From Candidatus Hydrogenedentota bacterium (GTDB taxonomy: Bacteria > Hydrogenedentota > Hydrogenedentia > Hydrogenedentales > SLHB01): a DNA stretch of 64,000 nt. Position 1 is the stretch's first letter; each line of letters starts with the position of its first letter. A program made the position numbers and the translations under genes. The DNA is taken from assembly GCA_963668025.2 (NCBI GenBank), contig CAXXTH010000017.1:32001-96000 (forward strand), read 5' to 3'. This document shows positions 38,406 through 48,779 of this stretch, one piece after another. Under the pieces are notes generated by a model. That model was not told where the DNA came from. It saw only the letters and a list, made by a program, of their open reading frames with translations, and did no database searches.

Positions 38406-39841
38406 AGTTCTCGGAAGAATATGGCCGCCTGCGCTCGTTTCGGGCCGCCGCCAAGGAGGCGCGCCAGCAATGCTCCGAGGAAGTGCTCCAATCCGTCTGG
38501 TACGACCAGTTGTTTCGCGAGGAGGGGCTTTGCACGCATGACGGCCAGCCGCTGCGCGTGCTGTCGCCAGGCTGGTGGAACCGCTCGGAAGGCCCTGATT
38601 TTAAAGGGGCGCAATTCCAGATGGACGGGCGCCTGATCACGGGCGATGTGGAGATCCATTGGGACCATGCCGCGTGGCGGCAGCATGGACACTACCTCGA
38701 TTCGCGCTACGACGATGTCGCGCTGGTGGTGGTGTTCACCTCGAATCCGCCGGAGGCGCTTCCCGCCACCTCCCAAGGCCGGAGCATTCCATGCCTGCTG
38801 CTGAGCCGCTTCCTGGATACGGATATTGGAATCCTTGCGGACAGCCTGCAAGATGATCATGCGGATGGGCCTCTCGTGGCCTCGGGAGGCTTAGGCCAAT
38901 GCGCCGCTTTCACCGAAGCATATGGCAAGGAGCGCGCCCAGCAACTCCTTTTCCTGGCGGGCGAATGGCGGATGCTGGCGAAAGCGCGGGGCATGCGCGA
39001 ACGCATGGACCATGCGGGCGGGAATCAGGCTATTTACGAGGCCTTCTTGTCCGCATGCGGATTCAGCCGCTACAAAACCCATTTCCGCGCACTAGCGAAA
39101 AACCTGCCCTACGAGCGGGTCCGCCAGCTTGCGCTGCGCGATCCACTGCTTCTGGAGGCCGCCTTGCTGCAACTTGCGGGACTTTTTCCCGAGGCGCTCC
39201 CGGAAGGCGCGGCGGGCCTGCCGCATTTTGCCCGCCTGCGCGGCCTGCGGCGCGATGAACTGGGCGGATTGAAAAGCTTGCCGTTGGACTGGAAGCGCAT
39301 CGGCGTGCGCCCGAATAACTACCCGGAGCGGCGCTTGGCGGGGGCGGCTTTGTTCCTGGCGCGAACCGCCCACGCGGGACTCGAAGAAAGCCTTCGGGCT
39401 ATCTGGACAGAGCCCATGACGCCTGCGGCGCGGAAACGGCGTTTCGAAGGCATGTTTGGAAAATCGCTCGGATTCTGGGCGTCGCATTGCTGCTGGACGG
39501 GCAAGCGGATGGCGAAGCCCGCCGCCTTGCTGGGGCCGGGGCGCATCTTGTCCATCATCGGCAATGTGTTCGTGCCGGTGGAATTGGCTTATGCGCGGCG
39601 CATGCGGGACCATATGGAGGAAGAGCAGGTGTTCGATTTTTTCGGATGGCTGCCCAAGGAAGAAGGCAACCATATCCTCAAAGCGATGCTGCCAAGGTTT
39701 TTTGGCGATGTCCAGCCGCCGAAACTGGGCTTTCGCACCCAGCAAGGCCTGATGCAATTGTATCAAGATTGGTGCGAACCGAATCCTTCCTGTCGCAACT
39801 GTTCGATTATCCCGCTGCTGGATATGGGGTATAGGGCATAA
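38402..39841 (+). CDS. DUF2851 family protein
   Basis: PGWWNRSEGPDF, GDVEIH, WRQHGH and RPNNYPERRLA motifs. Confidence 0.88.
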   Translation: MKFSEEYGRLRSFRAAAKEARQQCSEEVLQSVWYDQLFREEGLCTHDGQPLRVLSPGWWNRSEGPDFKGAQFQMDGRLITGDVEIHWDHAAWRQHGHYLDSRYDDVALVVVFTSNPPEALPATSQGRSIPCLLLSRFLDTDIGILADSLQDDHADGPLVASGGLGQCAAFTEAYGKERAQQLLFLAGEWRMLAKARGMRERMDHAGGNQAIYEAFLSACGFSRYKTHFRALAKNLPYERVRQLALRDPLLLEAALLQLAGLFPEALPEGAAGLPHFARLRGLRRDELGGLKSLPLDWKRIGVRPNNYPERRLAGAALFLARTAHAGLEESLRAIWTEPMTPAARKRRFEGMFGKSLGFWASHCCWTGKRMAKPAALLGPGRILSIIGNVFVPVELAYARRMRDHMEEEQVFDFFGWLPKEEGNHILKAMLPRFFGDVQPPKLGFRTQQGLMQLYQDWCEPNPSCRNCSIIPLLDMGYRA

Positions 39842-40119
39842 CACCGCTTTATTGCCAACCAACGTAGCAGAAGCCTTTTACCCAAGAATCGAGGGCGGAG
39901 CCATTGTTGCGCGGGCGAGACATCCGCGCATGTTCGAATAGGAGGCCTTCCAAAAATATGCCCCGTGTGAATCTACATCGCCATAAAGCCGAAAACGGGG
40001 ATTCAAACGAAATCCCCATAGCAGAGATTACATCGTTAATCATAACAAAAGCGCTGCTCCATGGCCTTGTTTTCATCCTATTCTTTGCCCGGCAATGGGA
40101 GAACTCCGCAGGTTATCTG

Positions 40120-40222
40120 CAGGAGTTCCCCCAAAAAAATGGGGGTGGTAACCGCAACTAATTATATTGAATAGAGTTACCCGTCTATAGAAGTGTCCTT
40201 ATCGAATTTTGGGGGATCTTTG
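40120..40222 (+). mobile_element. ~100-bp MITE-like derivative of the IS4-family element left end
   Basis: Begins caggagttcccccaaaa; 56-nt core matches the 61732-61787 copy at 55/56. Confidence 0.88.
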
Positions 40223-40330
40223 GCATTCCATATTCGCATTCTTGCGCCCATGAGGCGCTTGCCCGTATACTGACGGCTCTTCATGGACTCATTTTCGAAT
40301 AGGCGTGATAAACCCCTGATAGGAGGCGCT

Positions 40331-40666
40331 GTGTTACCAAAAGGACTTGGAAATCTGGGCAATCTGGGCGGCATGATGAAACAGGCCATGCAGATGAAAG
40401 CCAAGATGGAAGAAATGAAGGAGAAGCTCGGTTCGGAGATTATCGAGGCTTCCGTGGGCGGCGGCATGGTTTCGGTGGTCATGAATGGCCGCTTCGAGGT
40501 GATTAAAGTCGCCATTGACCCCGAGATCATTGATAAAAACGACCCAGACACCCTCGCCACCATGGTGCAAGCGGGTTTCAATGAGGCCGTGCGCAAGGTT
40601 CAGGAGCTTATCCAGGAAAAGATGAAGGAAGCGGCGGGCGGACTCGATATCCCAGGGCTTTTATAG
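40331..40666 (+). CDS. YbaB/EbfC nucleoid-associated protein
   Basis: MMKQAMQM...SVGGGMVSVVMNG; AGGAGG RBS before GTG. Confidence 0.93.
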   Translation: MLPKGLGNLGNLGGMMKQAMQMKAKMEEMKEKLGSEIIEASVGGGMVSVVMNGRFEVIKVAIDPEIIDKNDPDTLATMVQAGFNEAVRKVQELIQEKMKEAAGGLDIPGLL

Positions 40667-41598
40667 TGCGCATCGTTTTCTTTGGAACACCGGAACTGGC
40701 CGTGCCTTCGCTTGCGGCCATCGCAGGGCGCTTCGGCGTCATAGCGGCGGTGTGCCAGCCCGATAGCCCCCAGGGGCGCGGGCGGAAGCTCGAGGCGCCT
40801 CCCGTGAAAAAATGGTGCATCGAACATGGCGTCCCCGTGGAACAGCCTGTAAAACTCAATGACGGGGCTTTCGAGGCCTGGCTTCAATCACAGTCGCCGG
40901 ATATCTGCGCCGTGGCGGCTTATGGCCGCATGCTCAAGCAGCCGCTCCTTGATATTCCGCCGCTGGGCTTTCTCAATTTGCATCCAAGCCTGCTGCCCAA
41001 GTATCGCGGCGCTTCGCCCATTCAAACCGCTTTGCTCAATGGCGACGCCACGACGGGCGTAACCATCATGCGGGTCATTTTGGCGATGGATGCGGGGGAT
41101 ATCCTGTTGCAGGAAGAAATGCCCATTACGCCGGATGACACCTGCTTAAGCCTGTCGGAACGGCTGGCGGCGCGCGGCGCGGAGTTGTTCGTGGAAGGCA
41201 TCGAGTTGGTGGCGTCGGGCAAAGCGGTTTTCACGCCGCAAGAAGAGAGCAAAGTGGTGCATTGCCGTTTGTTTGAAAAGGGCGATGGACTGATCCAGTG
41301 GCGTCAATCCGCGCCAGAGATTCACAATCTCGTACGCGCGGCCATTCCGTGGCCCGTGGCGCATACGCCCTTTCGGGGCGAGCCGCTGCGCATATGGCGC
41401 ACGGAGGCGCTTGATGAGCCTGCGGCGTATGCGCCCGGCGCCATCGTGCGTGTCGAAAAGGAGCGCATCGCCGTGGCGACGGGAAATGGTGTGTTGGCTA
41501 TCCGCACCCTGCAAGCGCCGGGAAAGCGGGCCATGAATGTGGATGAATTTCTTCGTGGCCGGGCGGTATCTCCTGGCGAACATTTTGGAGACGCCTGA
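40666..41598 (+). CDS. fmt: Methionyl-tRNA formyltransferase
   Basis: FFGTP, NLHPSLLPKYRGASP and MDAGD motifs. Confidence 0.98.
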   Translation: MRIVFFGTPELAVPSLAAIAGRFGVIAAVCQPDSPQGRGRKLEAPPVKKWCIEHGVPVEQPVKLNDGAFEAWLQSQSPDICAVAAYGRMLKQPLLDIPPLGFLNLHPSLLPKYRGASPIQTALLNGDATTGVTIMRVILAMDAGDILLQEEMPITPDDTCLSLSERLAARGAELFVEGIELVASGKAVFTPQEESKVVHCRLFEKGDGLIQWRQSAPEIHNLVRAAIPWPVAHTPFRGEPLRIWRTEALDEPAAYAPGAIVRVEKERIAVATGNGVLAIRTLQAPGKRAMNVDEFLRGRAVSPGEHFGDA

Positions 41599-41600
41599 CC

Positions 41601-42935
41601 TTGGCCGAGGATGAAGTACGCGATACAGCGGTCCGCGTGTTGTTGCGGGTGTTTACGCATGGCGCGTTTATAAACGTAGCCGTAGACAAGGCCCTTAGAC
41701 GCCGTGAACTGTCGGAACGCGGACGCCGTTTCATGACGCAGCTCGTGTATGGGACAGTCCGGCATAAACTGCTATGCGACTATATCCTCCAACCGCTGTT
41801 GCGGCAGCCTATGGAGGAGCTTCCGCCCGCTATACACACCATTCTCCGGATGGGCGTCTACCAGGCGTTGTTTTTAAACCAAGTGACCTTTCCCGCCATG
41901 GTGCATTCGAGCGTCGAGCTGGCGAAACATCATGGCCATATCGGCACAGCTCGGCTCGTAAACGCCGTACTCAAACGCACGCCGCAATGCTTGGATGATG
42001 TGCATTTCCCAGACCCGGAACGCGATAGGCTGGCGTATCTCAGCGTGCGGTATTCCATGCCGCGATGGCTCGTCGAACAGTGGAGCGCCCAATTCGGCCC
42101 CGAAGAGGCGTCCGCTCTCTGCGCGGCGATGAACGAACAAGCGCCTACGGCGTTGCGCGCCAACCGGCTCCGTATTACGGTGGAAGAATTATGTGCGGGC
42201 CTCACCAAAGCTGGATATGAAACCGTAAAGCGTACGCCGGTACCAGAAGAGGTGACGGTGCTGTCCGGGATGCCGCCCGCGCGGGCCAAGCTTTTCCGGG
42301 ATGGGGCCTGCATGCTGCAAGATCCGGCCTCGATGCTGCCGCCGCATCTGCTGGAACCCCAGCCGGGCGATTGGGTATTGGATCTGTGTGCGGCTCCGGG
42401 CGGTAAATCGGCGCACCTGAGCGAACTGGCGGGCGGCCAGGTGCGGGTGGCGGCGCAGGATGCGCATTTCCGCAAGTCAGCGCAGATTGCCGAAAATATC
42501 GCGCGCATGGGCACGCCGAATGTGTTCCCGCTATGCGCCGATGGGCTGCATCCGCCTTTTACCGAAGGTTTTTTCGACCGTGTTCTCGTGGATGCGCCGT
42601 GCAGCGGCCTCGGCACGCTGCGGCGGCACCCTGATTTGAAGTGGCGCACGGGGCCTGAGGAATTTGAAACACTGGGCGTGGCGCAAGAAGCGTTGTTGCG
42701 CTCTGCTATCCGGCTCTGCAAAAATGGCGGGCTTATAGTATATTCGGTATGCACTTTTTCCCAGCGGGAAACGGAGCATGTGTTCCGCACTATCGCCGGT
42801 GAAGGGTTTGTGCAGCCAGAAGATGGACCTAAATGGTTAGAAGAATGGAAAATCGGGCCGGGACAGTATCAAACGCTGCCGCATCGCGCGGGTATGGACG
42901 GATTCTACTTGATGCGGTTGCGGAAATCGTTCTAA
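41601..42935 (+). CDS. rsmB: 16S rRNA m5C967 methyltransferase
   Basis: NusB-like N-terminus; DLCAAPGGK, DAPCSGLG and YSVCT motifs. Confidence 0.95.
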   Translation: MAEDEVRDTAVRVLLRVFTHGAFINVAVDKALRRRELSERGRRFMTQLVYGTVRHKLLCDYILQPLLRQPMEELPPAIHTILRMGVYQALFLNQVTFPAMVHSSVELAKHHGHIGTARLVNAVLKRTPQCLDDVHFPDPERDRLAYLSVRYSMPRWLVEQWSAQFGPEEASALCAAMNEQAPTALRANRLRITVEELCAGLTKAGYETVKRTPVPEEVTVLSGMPPARAKLFRDGACMLQDPASMLPPHLLEPQPGDWVLDLCAAPGGKSAHLSELAGGQVRVAAQDAHFRKSAQIAENIARMGTPNVFPLCADGLHPPFTEGFFDRVLVDAPCSGLGTLRRHPDLKWRTGPEEFETLGVAQEALLRSAIRLCKNGGLIVYSVCTFSQRETEHVFRTIAGEGFVQPEDGPKWLEEWKIGPGQYQTLPHRAGMDGFYLMRLRKSF

Positions 42936-44014
42936 ACATCACGATCTTCATCCTCCGCTTTTTCCTGTGGATATGGAAGTGGAGCTTCGCGGCCTTGTTT
43001 CTCGTAGGCGTCATGGCGGCCGCGGGGTATTTCGTGTTCATACGGGCCGTGGCGGGGGGCGAATATGTCACCGTGCCGGATATCACGGGGAAACCGGTTG
43101 TCGAGGCGTATTCGGTCTTATATGAGAAAGGCCTTGAAGTAGGCAAACAGACCGAGATACTCAATAAGGAAGTGCCCAAAGACTACGTCATTGGCCAGAA
43201 TCCTCCAGCAGGGAAAGTGGTGCGCGCTGGACGTAAAGTTTCGCCCACGATTAGCGTAGGCCCTGATCTCGAACAAGCGCCGAATTTGATCGGGCAGAAT
43301 TTCCAGGACGCCTTGAACCAGCTTTCCCAACAAGGCCGTTTTGTACTCGCTTCGCAGCCCGCGAGCATACCCAGCGACCAGCCTCGAGGCGTCATCATCG
43401 GCCAGGATCCGCCCGCTGGCAAGCGCATCCCACGCGGTGCGGAGTTAAATGTGTTGGTCAGCGGCGGCGCGGGCGCGGGCAGCCTTATGATGCGCAATCT
43501 GGTAGGCATGCCCCTCGAAGAGGCCAAAACCGTGCTGACGCGCTCGGGCCTTGTCCCCGTTGTGATCCGGGTGGACCGCTCGGACGTTCCGTATGATCAG
43601 ATTCTTGAGCAGCTTACTTCGCCCGGCAGCCTGGTGTCGCAGGGAGATGAAATCAAGCTCAAAGTGCGCACATCCGCGAATGTGCCTGACGCATGGCGCG
43701 AGGTGATCATCAATTATGCGGTGCCTCAAGGCCTGTATGACCAGGAAGTGCGTATTGACCTCATTAATAACGAGGGCGTAGTCTGGACCTTATTCCCCCG
43801 CTCGAAGCATTATGTGAATGGCTCGCCGCCTCGCTTCAACGCCGGCGAGCGGATCACGGAAGATGGCCAGCCGTTGCGGTTTTCTTTCAAAAACCAGACG
43901 ACCGTCAATATCTATCTCAATGGGCGGCAGGTCCGTTCCATGTTTTATGAAGGAAATGCAGATCCAGTCGTGACGAACTTTGATCAAGCTAGTGGAGGAA
44001 ACAATGGCGTCTAA
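42845..44014 (+). CDS. Membrane-anchored protein with three PASTA domains
   Basis: VPDITG, APNLIG and MRNLVG repeats with GQxPPAG; start uncertain, overlaps rsmB. Confidence 0.88.
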   Translation: MENRAGTVSNAAASRGYGRILLDAVAEIVLNITIFILRFFLWIWKWSFAALFLVGVMAAAGYFVFIRAVAGGEYVTVPDITGKPVVEAYSVLYEKGLEVGKQTEILNKEVPKDYVIGQNPPAGKVVRAGRKVSPTISVGPDLEQAPNLIGQNFQDALNQLSQQGRFVLASQPASIPSDQPRGVIIGQDPPAGKRIPRGAELNVLVSGGAGAGSLMMRNLVGMPLEEAKTVLTRSGLVPVVIRVDRSDVPYDQILEQLTSPGSLVSQGDEIKLKVRTSANVPDAWREVIINYAVPQGLYDQEVRIDLINNEGVVWTLFPRSKHYVNGSPPRFNAGERITEDGQPLRFSFKNQTTVNIYLNGRQVRSMFYEGNADPVVTNFDQASGGNNGV

Positions 44015-44651
44015 GATCAAAATTGCCCCTTCGATTCTCGCATCGGACTTTGGACGCCTCGGCGAGGAGATCGAGGCGGTTATAGAAGCAGGCGCGGACC
44101 TCATCCATGTGGATGTTATGGATGGCCATTTCACGCCCAATATCACCATCGGGCCGCCTGTGGTGGCCTGTCTGCGCAAACACTGTTCCGTGCCGATGGA
44201 TGTCCATCTCATGATCACGGACCCCGAAACCTATGCGCCCGAATTCGCGAATGCCGGGGCGGACATTATTACGTTCCATGTCGAAGCGGCGCGCCATCCC
44301 CACCGGGTCATACAGAAAATCAAGGATGCAGGCTGCAAGGCGGGCATTGTGTTGAATCCAGGCACTTCCCATGATGAGATTGAATACCTTGTGGACTATG
44401 TGGATATGGTGTTGCTGATGACGGTCAATCCCGGTTTCGGCGGCCAGCAGTTCATCCCCGAGATGCTCTCGAAGATCCAATGCGTCCGCGCCATGATTGG
44501 TGATAGGGATCTCGAAGTGGATGGCGGCATCGACGCCACGACCGCTCCTGATGTCATCCAGGCGGGCGCAAATGTCCTCGTCGCAGGCTCCTATGTGTTT
44601 CGCAGCCCTTCCTATATCGAAGCCATTGACAGCCTGCGCCCACGGGAATAA
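44004..44651 (+). CDS. rpe: Ribulose-phosphate 3-epimerase
   Basis: APSILASDF, HVDVMDGHF, MTVNPGFGGQ and VDGG motifs. Confidence 0.98.
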   Translation: MASKIKIAPSILASDFGRLGEEIEAVIEAGADLIHVDVMDGHFTPNITIGPPVVACLRKHCSVPMDVHLMITDPETYAPEFANAGADIITFHVEAARHPHRVIQKIKDAGCKAGIVLNPGTSHDEIEYLVDYVDMVLLMTVNPGFGGQQFIPEMLSKIQCVRAMIGDRDLEVDGGIDATTAPDVIQAGANVLVAGSYVFRSPSYIEAIDSLRPRE

Positions 44652-44768
44652 GGATGATTCTGATATAATCAAGGATACATGCATTTGTGGCGGAAAATGA
44701 ACCGTGATAGGCCACAAGGTGAGAGGAAATCGCAGCGAGACATGGCCGCAACTAAACGGCCTGCTTTT

Positions 44769-45037
44769 GAACCGCGAATGGACGCCATGAACGCCAATGG
44801 ATTTTTCTCCATGCTTTAACTCCCGTAGCATGGGTGTCTCGCCCATGTGATGAGTAAGTTGTAGGGTGGGGCTTGCCCCACCGTTCAACGGAGGAGACCA
44901 TCAAAGCATCTGGTAAGGATTGTAAAGCGTAAGAAGTTGATGTACTTTGGTTTACACGGGAAATTTCCACAAGAAAACTGCATTTTTGGGATAGTAGTGC
45001 AAAAAACGTTTTTGCGCCTCTTGCGCCTTCCGTGGCC
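44769..45037. repeat. Cluster of different REP-like motifs
   Basis: 44769-44799 (accgcgaatggacgccatgaacgccaat), 44825-44847 (gtagcatggg...cccatg), 44861-44882 (gtagggtggggcttgccccacc), 45010-45037 (ttttgcgcctcttgcgccttccgtggcc). Confidence 0.65.
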
Positions 45038-45071
45038 AGCAGTTCGCTAAAAAAGGTTGAGCTCAGCTCCT

Positions 45072-45653
45072 ATGAATACACGGCATCCCAAAAGCGTCCG
45101 CCGACAGGTATTGTCACTGCTATACGAGCGTTATATGCAAAATCCGCTCGAAATGCTTTCGCCCGCTGATATGCTGGAAGCAGGGGAATTTGTCCGGGAA
45201 GAGTTATTATCCAATGCGCATTATCTGCATGATCGCGGCTTAGTGGAATTGCTCATGGGATATAATCCGCCGGCGTTTGCGGCGGCGCGCATTACGGCAA
45301 GCGGCATTGATCTCGTCGAAAATCGCTTCGAGTTTGATCTCCGGTTTCCCCCTTCGATGGAAGAGTTGGAGGCGGCGGGTGCGGAGATTCCTGCATTGCT
45401 CGAAAGCTTGGCGCAAGAAGCGGAGTACGCCGCACTCGATGGAGAACAGCGGCAGGCGCTCATCCGGGATGTGCAGTTCTTGCGGGAAGAAGTGGCGCGG
45501 CCTGCGGCGCGCTGGCGCATGCCGGTAATTCATGCGTTTCTAGATTGGATTCGCGGGCATTTTGCGGACGCGGCCGAACCGGTGGAAGAGTCGCTGCCTT
45601 CCCTCGAGCTTCTCCGCCAGGCCATCGAAGGCCTATCGATTAATCGGTATTAA
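45072..45653 (+). CDS. Hypothetical protein, possible winged-helix N-terminus
   Basis: VRRQVLSLLY...YLHDRGLV...ITASGIDLVE pattern. Confidence 0.65.
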   Translation: MNTRHPKSVRRQVLSLLYERYMQNPLEMLSPADMLEAGEFVREELLSNAHYLHDRGLVELLMGYNPPAFAAARITASGIDLVENRFEFDLRFPPSMEELEAAGAEIPALLESLAQEAEYAALDGEQRQALIRDVQFLREEVARPAARWRMPVIHAFLDWIRGHFADAAEPVEESLPSLELLRQAIEGLSINRY

Positions 45654-46596
45654 GCACGCCCAGCAGGTCATCGATTCGTCCGCTGCTTTCGCGCACGCGC
45701 TGTATCACATGTTCCCGTTGTTCCGGCCGCAAACCGAGCAGCTCTAAGGATAACTGCATATCCGGCATCAGTATTTCCACGTCCGCCCTATCTCCCATGC
45801 CGGATTCATACGCCAGCACATTGGCCAGCGCCGTAACATGGACAAGCTCCGCATGCGCCACGCTGCGTTCCGGTTCGTGGTGCCTCCGGATCGCTTCAAC
45901 GACAGGCAGCGGCAAATTCCAATGCTCTCCCAATGCGGCCCCTGCGGCGCAATGATCGAGTTTTAATACACTGCGTTCCGCTTGGCATACAGGAATGCCT
46001 TCCTTTACCACGAGCTGGACCGCTTGTTCGTATGCGGCTGGGTAAAGCAGGCCGAGGGCGACTTTCCCAATATCGTGAAGGAGCCCCGCGCTAAAATAAC
46101 CGTTGATGGGAGGCAGGTGCAGCACGCGCGCGATTTGCTCCGCGGCCATTGCGGCAGCCAAGGAATGCCGCCAAAGCTGCGTTAAATCAAAAGCGCCCGG
46201 GGCATGCTTTAGTGTTTGGAACGCTGTAGCGGTAAGAGCGATATCGCGCACTTTCGAGAAACCGAGAACCACGATGGCATCCGTCGCGCTGGATATGCGG
46301 CGGTAGAAGCCATAATATGCTGAGTTGGCCATGCGCAGCAGCGTCGCGGACAAACTCTGGTCTGGAATGATATGGCGCGCTAAATCGAGCGCGGAAGCAT
46401 CTGGATCCGCGGCGGTGGCCACCACCTGCAATACGACGCTTGGCAGCGTGGGCAGATTATGAATCTGGCCAAGGGCCTCTCTTGCCTCGCGGTCTTCGCC
46501 TATCGGATGGTGGTTCACGGCCTTCATCCTCACGCCAGCAAATGCATTGCGCCGGTTATATTTGCTTAAGGCTGCCGATGTATTGCAGAAGTCCAA
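45640..46596 (-). CDS. HDOD domain protein
   Basis: LPTLP, LRMANSAYYG, LWRHS, GLLHDIGK and HWNLP motifs; start uncertain. Confidence 0.92.
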   Translation of the reverse strand: MDFCNTSAALSKYNRRNAFAGVRMKAVNHHPIGEDREAREALGQIHNLPTLPSVVLQVVATAADPDASALDLARHIIPDQSLSATLLRMANSAYYGFYRRISSATDAIVVLGFSKVRDIALTATAFQTLKHAPGAFDLTQLWRHSLAAAMAAEQIARVLHLPPINGYFSAGLLHDIGKVALGLLYPAAYEQAVQLVVKEGIPVCQAERSVLKLDHCAAGAALGEHWNLPLPVVEAIRRHHEPERSVAHAELVHVTALANVLAYESGMGDRADVEILMPDMQLSLELLGLRPEQREHVIQRVRESSGRIDDLLGVLNTD

Positions 46597-46838
46597 TCAC
46601 GATATCGAGCAAAAAGGCAACATCCGTGTTTTGTTCGCTATCCGTTTCCGCGCGGCGAGGCGCGGTGCAAAACTGCATATGCCGTTTCATCATGCTCCCG
46701 GATTATCCTATATCTAGTGTTATTCAGCATAGAACTTCCACCTGCGCCTGTCAACTTGCCCGCAATGCGGGAAGAATCAACCCGCCATAGGAGGTGAAAT
46801 GACGCCAAAGCCCAGGCACGTATGCTAAAAATAGGGCA

Positions 46839-48422
46839 TTATGATGCAGGCGGCGCTTGTTCGGAAGGGCCCCAGCTATTGCCCGTGGCCCGTTCGAGCG
46901 AGGCGTTGGCTACGGCGTAATCGCGCAAGGCTTGCACGAGATTGGTCTCCGCGCTGGTGAGAGCCAATTCCGCATCCAAGGTTTCTGATGGCGTGCCTAC
47001 GCCTTCCTTGAAGCGCAACTGGGCCAGCCGCAAGCCTTCCCGGGCCAATTCCACGGTGCCTTGTTCGCTCGGGATTTTCACCATGGCGTCTTGGAGCTGG
47101 ATATAGGATTGCGTCACATCCAGTTCCACGATGTGTTCGAGATCCAGTAATTCATGGCGCAATTTCTCGATCTGGGCCTTCGATTCGGCGCGCTCGAAAT
47201 GGCGGCGTCCGCCAGAATAAAGTTCCCATTCCGCGCCTACCGTCAAGGTCCAGCCATCCGCGACAGAGAAACTGCCCCCATGGGTGTCGCTGTAACCCGC
47301 CGTGGCGGCCACCTGGGGTTTGTATTGGCCGTTCACCCTGCGCAAATTCTGTTCGGCGGCTTTGACGCCCGACTCGATGGCGGCGATCTCCGGCCGCTGC
47401 TTATACGCCAATTCGACCATTTCCTTGACGTTCATAGCCGCAGGCATCCATTCGAGTTTGGGATTTATAGATACGGGCGTATCTTGCGGCAGATAAAGGA
47501 TGCGGCGCAGGTTCGTCAAGGCGAGACTATGCAGATTCTGCGCGGTTGCGAGGCTTGCCTCGCGGTTTCCTAGTTCCGTTTTCGCACGAAGCACATCAAA
47601 ATTGCTGGTCATACCCTCATCGAACATCTGCTGCGCATCCGACAAGGTGCGTTCATACGTATTCACGCTTTCATCCGCCACCCGGACAAGCGCTTCGGCG
47701 AGGACGACATCATAGAATGCCTGCTTGGCTTGGTACTCGATTTCCGCGAGTGTGGCTTTGCTTTGCCATTCCTGCGACTGGGCCAAATATTGCGACGCCT
47801 TGATGGCCGCCCGAATTTGCCCTCCCGCGTAGAGGACTTGCTGGACGTTCATTTGGCTGGTGATGAGATCGTCATCCGGGGTCGTGTCCGGGGTTAATCT
47901 CGCGGATAGTTTCGACATAGCGGAACTCAACACGATGGGGCCGCCGACATCCACTAGCGTGTTTCCAGTCTCAAGCTGGATCCCGCTGCTCATCGAGCTG
48001 CCTAACGCGCTAAATGCTTTCATCAGCAGAGTGGTTTTTGGAGCGACATATTCCGTATGCGTGCGCGCGAGGCTCCCAGTTACCTGGGGGAACATAGCGG
48101 AGCGGGCCTGGCCGATACGGGCCTTGGCGGCGTCCACTTCATCTTGAGCCATAAATACGGCGGCGTTTTTACTCAGCGCCATTTCCACGCACTGCCGGGC
48201 GCTAAGCTCAACCGTTCCTGGAGGTGGAGCGGTTTCCGCCGGGACGCTTGAATCGGACAAGTGTTTTTCGATGGCGATGATGACATCGTGATAAGAATGC
48301 AACGGATCAAGACCAGATCCGCTCCCGCCCGCCACGGACTCAGGGGAGGGCTGGGCTTCAACAGTGGTCTGTGCATAAGCGGCGAAGGGCAAGCACGCTA
48401 GTAAAAGCAAGCAATACTTCAT
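46839..48422 (-). CDS. TolC family outer membrane protein
   Basis: Signal peptide; two OEP repeats (ARSAMFPQ / YKPQV, ETLDAE). Confidence 0.9.
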   Translation of the reverse strand: MKYCLLLLACLPFAAYAQTTVEAQPSPESVAGGSGSGLDPLHSYHDVIIAIEKHLSDSSVPAETAPPPGTVELSARQCVEMALSKNAAVFMAQDEVDAAKARIGQARSAMFPQVTGSLARTHTEYVAPKTTLLMKAFSALGSSMSSGIQLETGNTLVDVGGPIVLSSAMSKLSARLTPDTTPDDDLITSQMNVQQVLYAGGQIRAAIKASQYLAQSQEWQSKATLAEIEYQAKQAFYDVVLAEALVRVADESVNTYERTLSDAQQMFDEGMTSNFDVLRAKTELGNREASLATAQNLHSLALTNLRRILYLPQDTPVSINPKLEWMPAAMNVKEMVELAYKQRPEIAAIESGVKAAEQNLRRVNGQYKPQVAATAGYSDTHGGSFSVADGWTLTVGAEWELYSGGRRHFERAESKAQIEKLRHELLDLEHIVELDVTQSYIQLQDAMVKIPSEQGTVELAREGLRLAQLRFKEGVGTPSETLDAELALTSAETNLVQALRDYAVANASLERATGNSWGPSEQAPPAS

Positions 48423-48779
48423 GGCGCGAGTCTTCCTTTGTCCTCGTTGATCTGACGTTTCCACGATAGCACACCCGGAAGAAACATTCAAACGTTTGTT
48501 TGCATAAGGCTGGCTAATGGCCGCCCCCGTCATCTGATGGGATTCCCGCGCACCGGGAATATGAGCCGACTGTATGGGAATAAAGGTTTTAACGCCTTAT
48601 GTTGACACATAGAGAGGCAAAGAAAGCCTCTTATATCGGGTATGGAACGCGGGATATGCCGGGCTGTACCGTCTGCCACGGATGCGAGGGAATCCAAGAG
48701 GTGTTTTTATGTGAATGGAGTGGTATGTTTACATGACGCGCCGCCGCATCTATCATGCATAACAAGAGGTATAAGGGAC

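Noticed and set aside
39849-40161. Short ORFs between DUF2851 and ybaB
   Set aside because: No motifs or convincing RBS; one runs into the MITE-like element.
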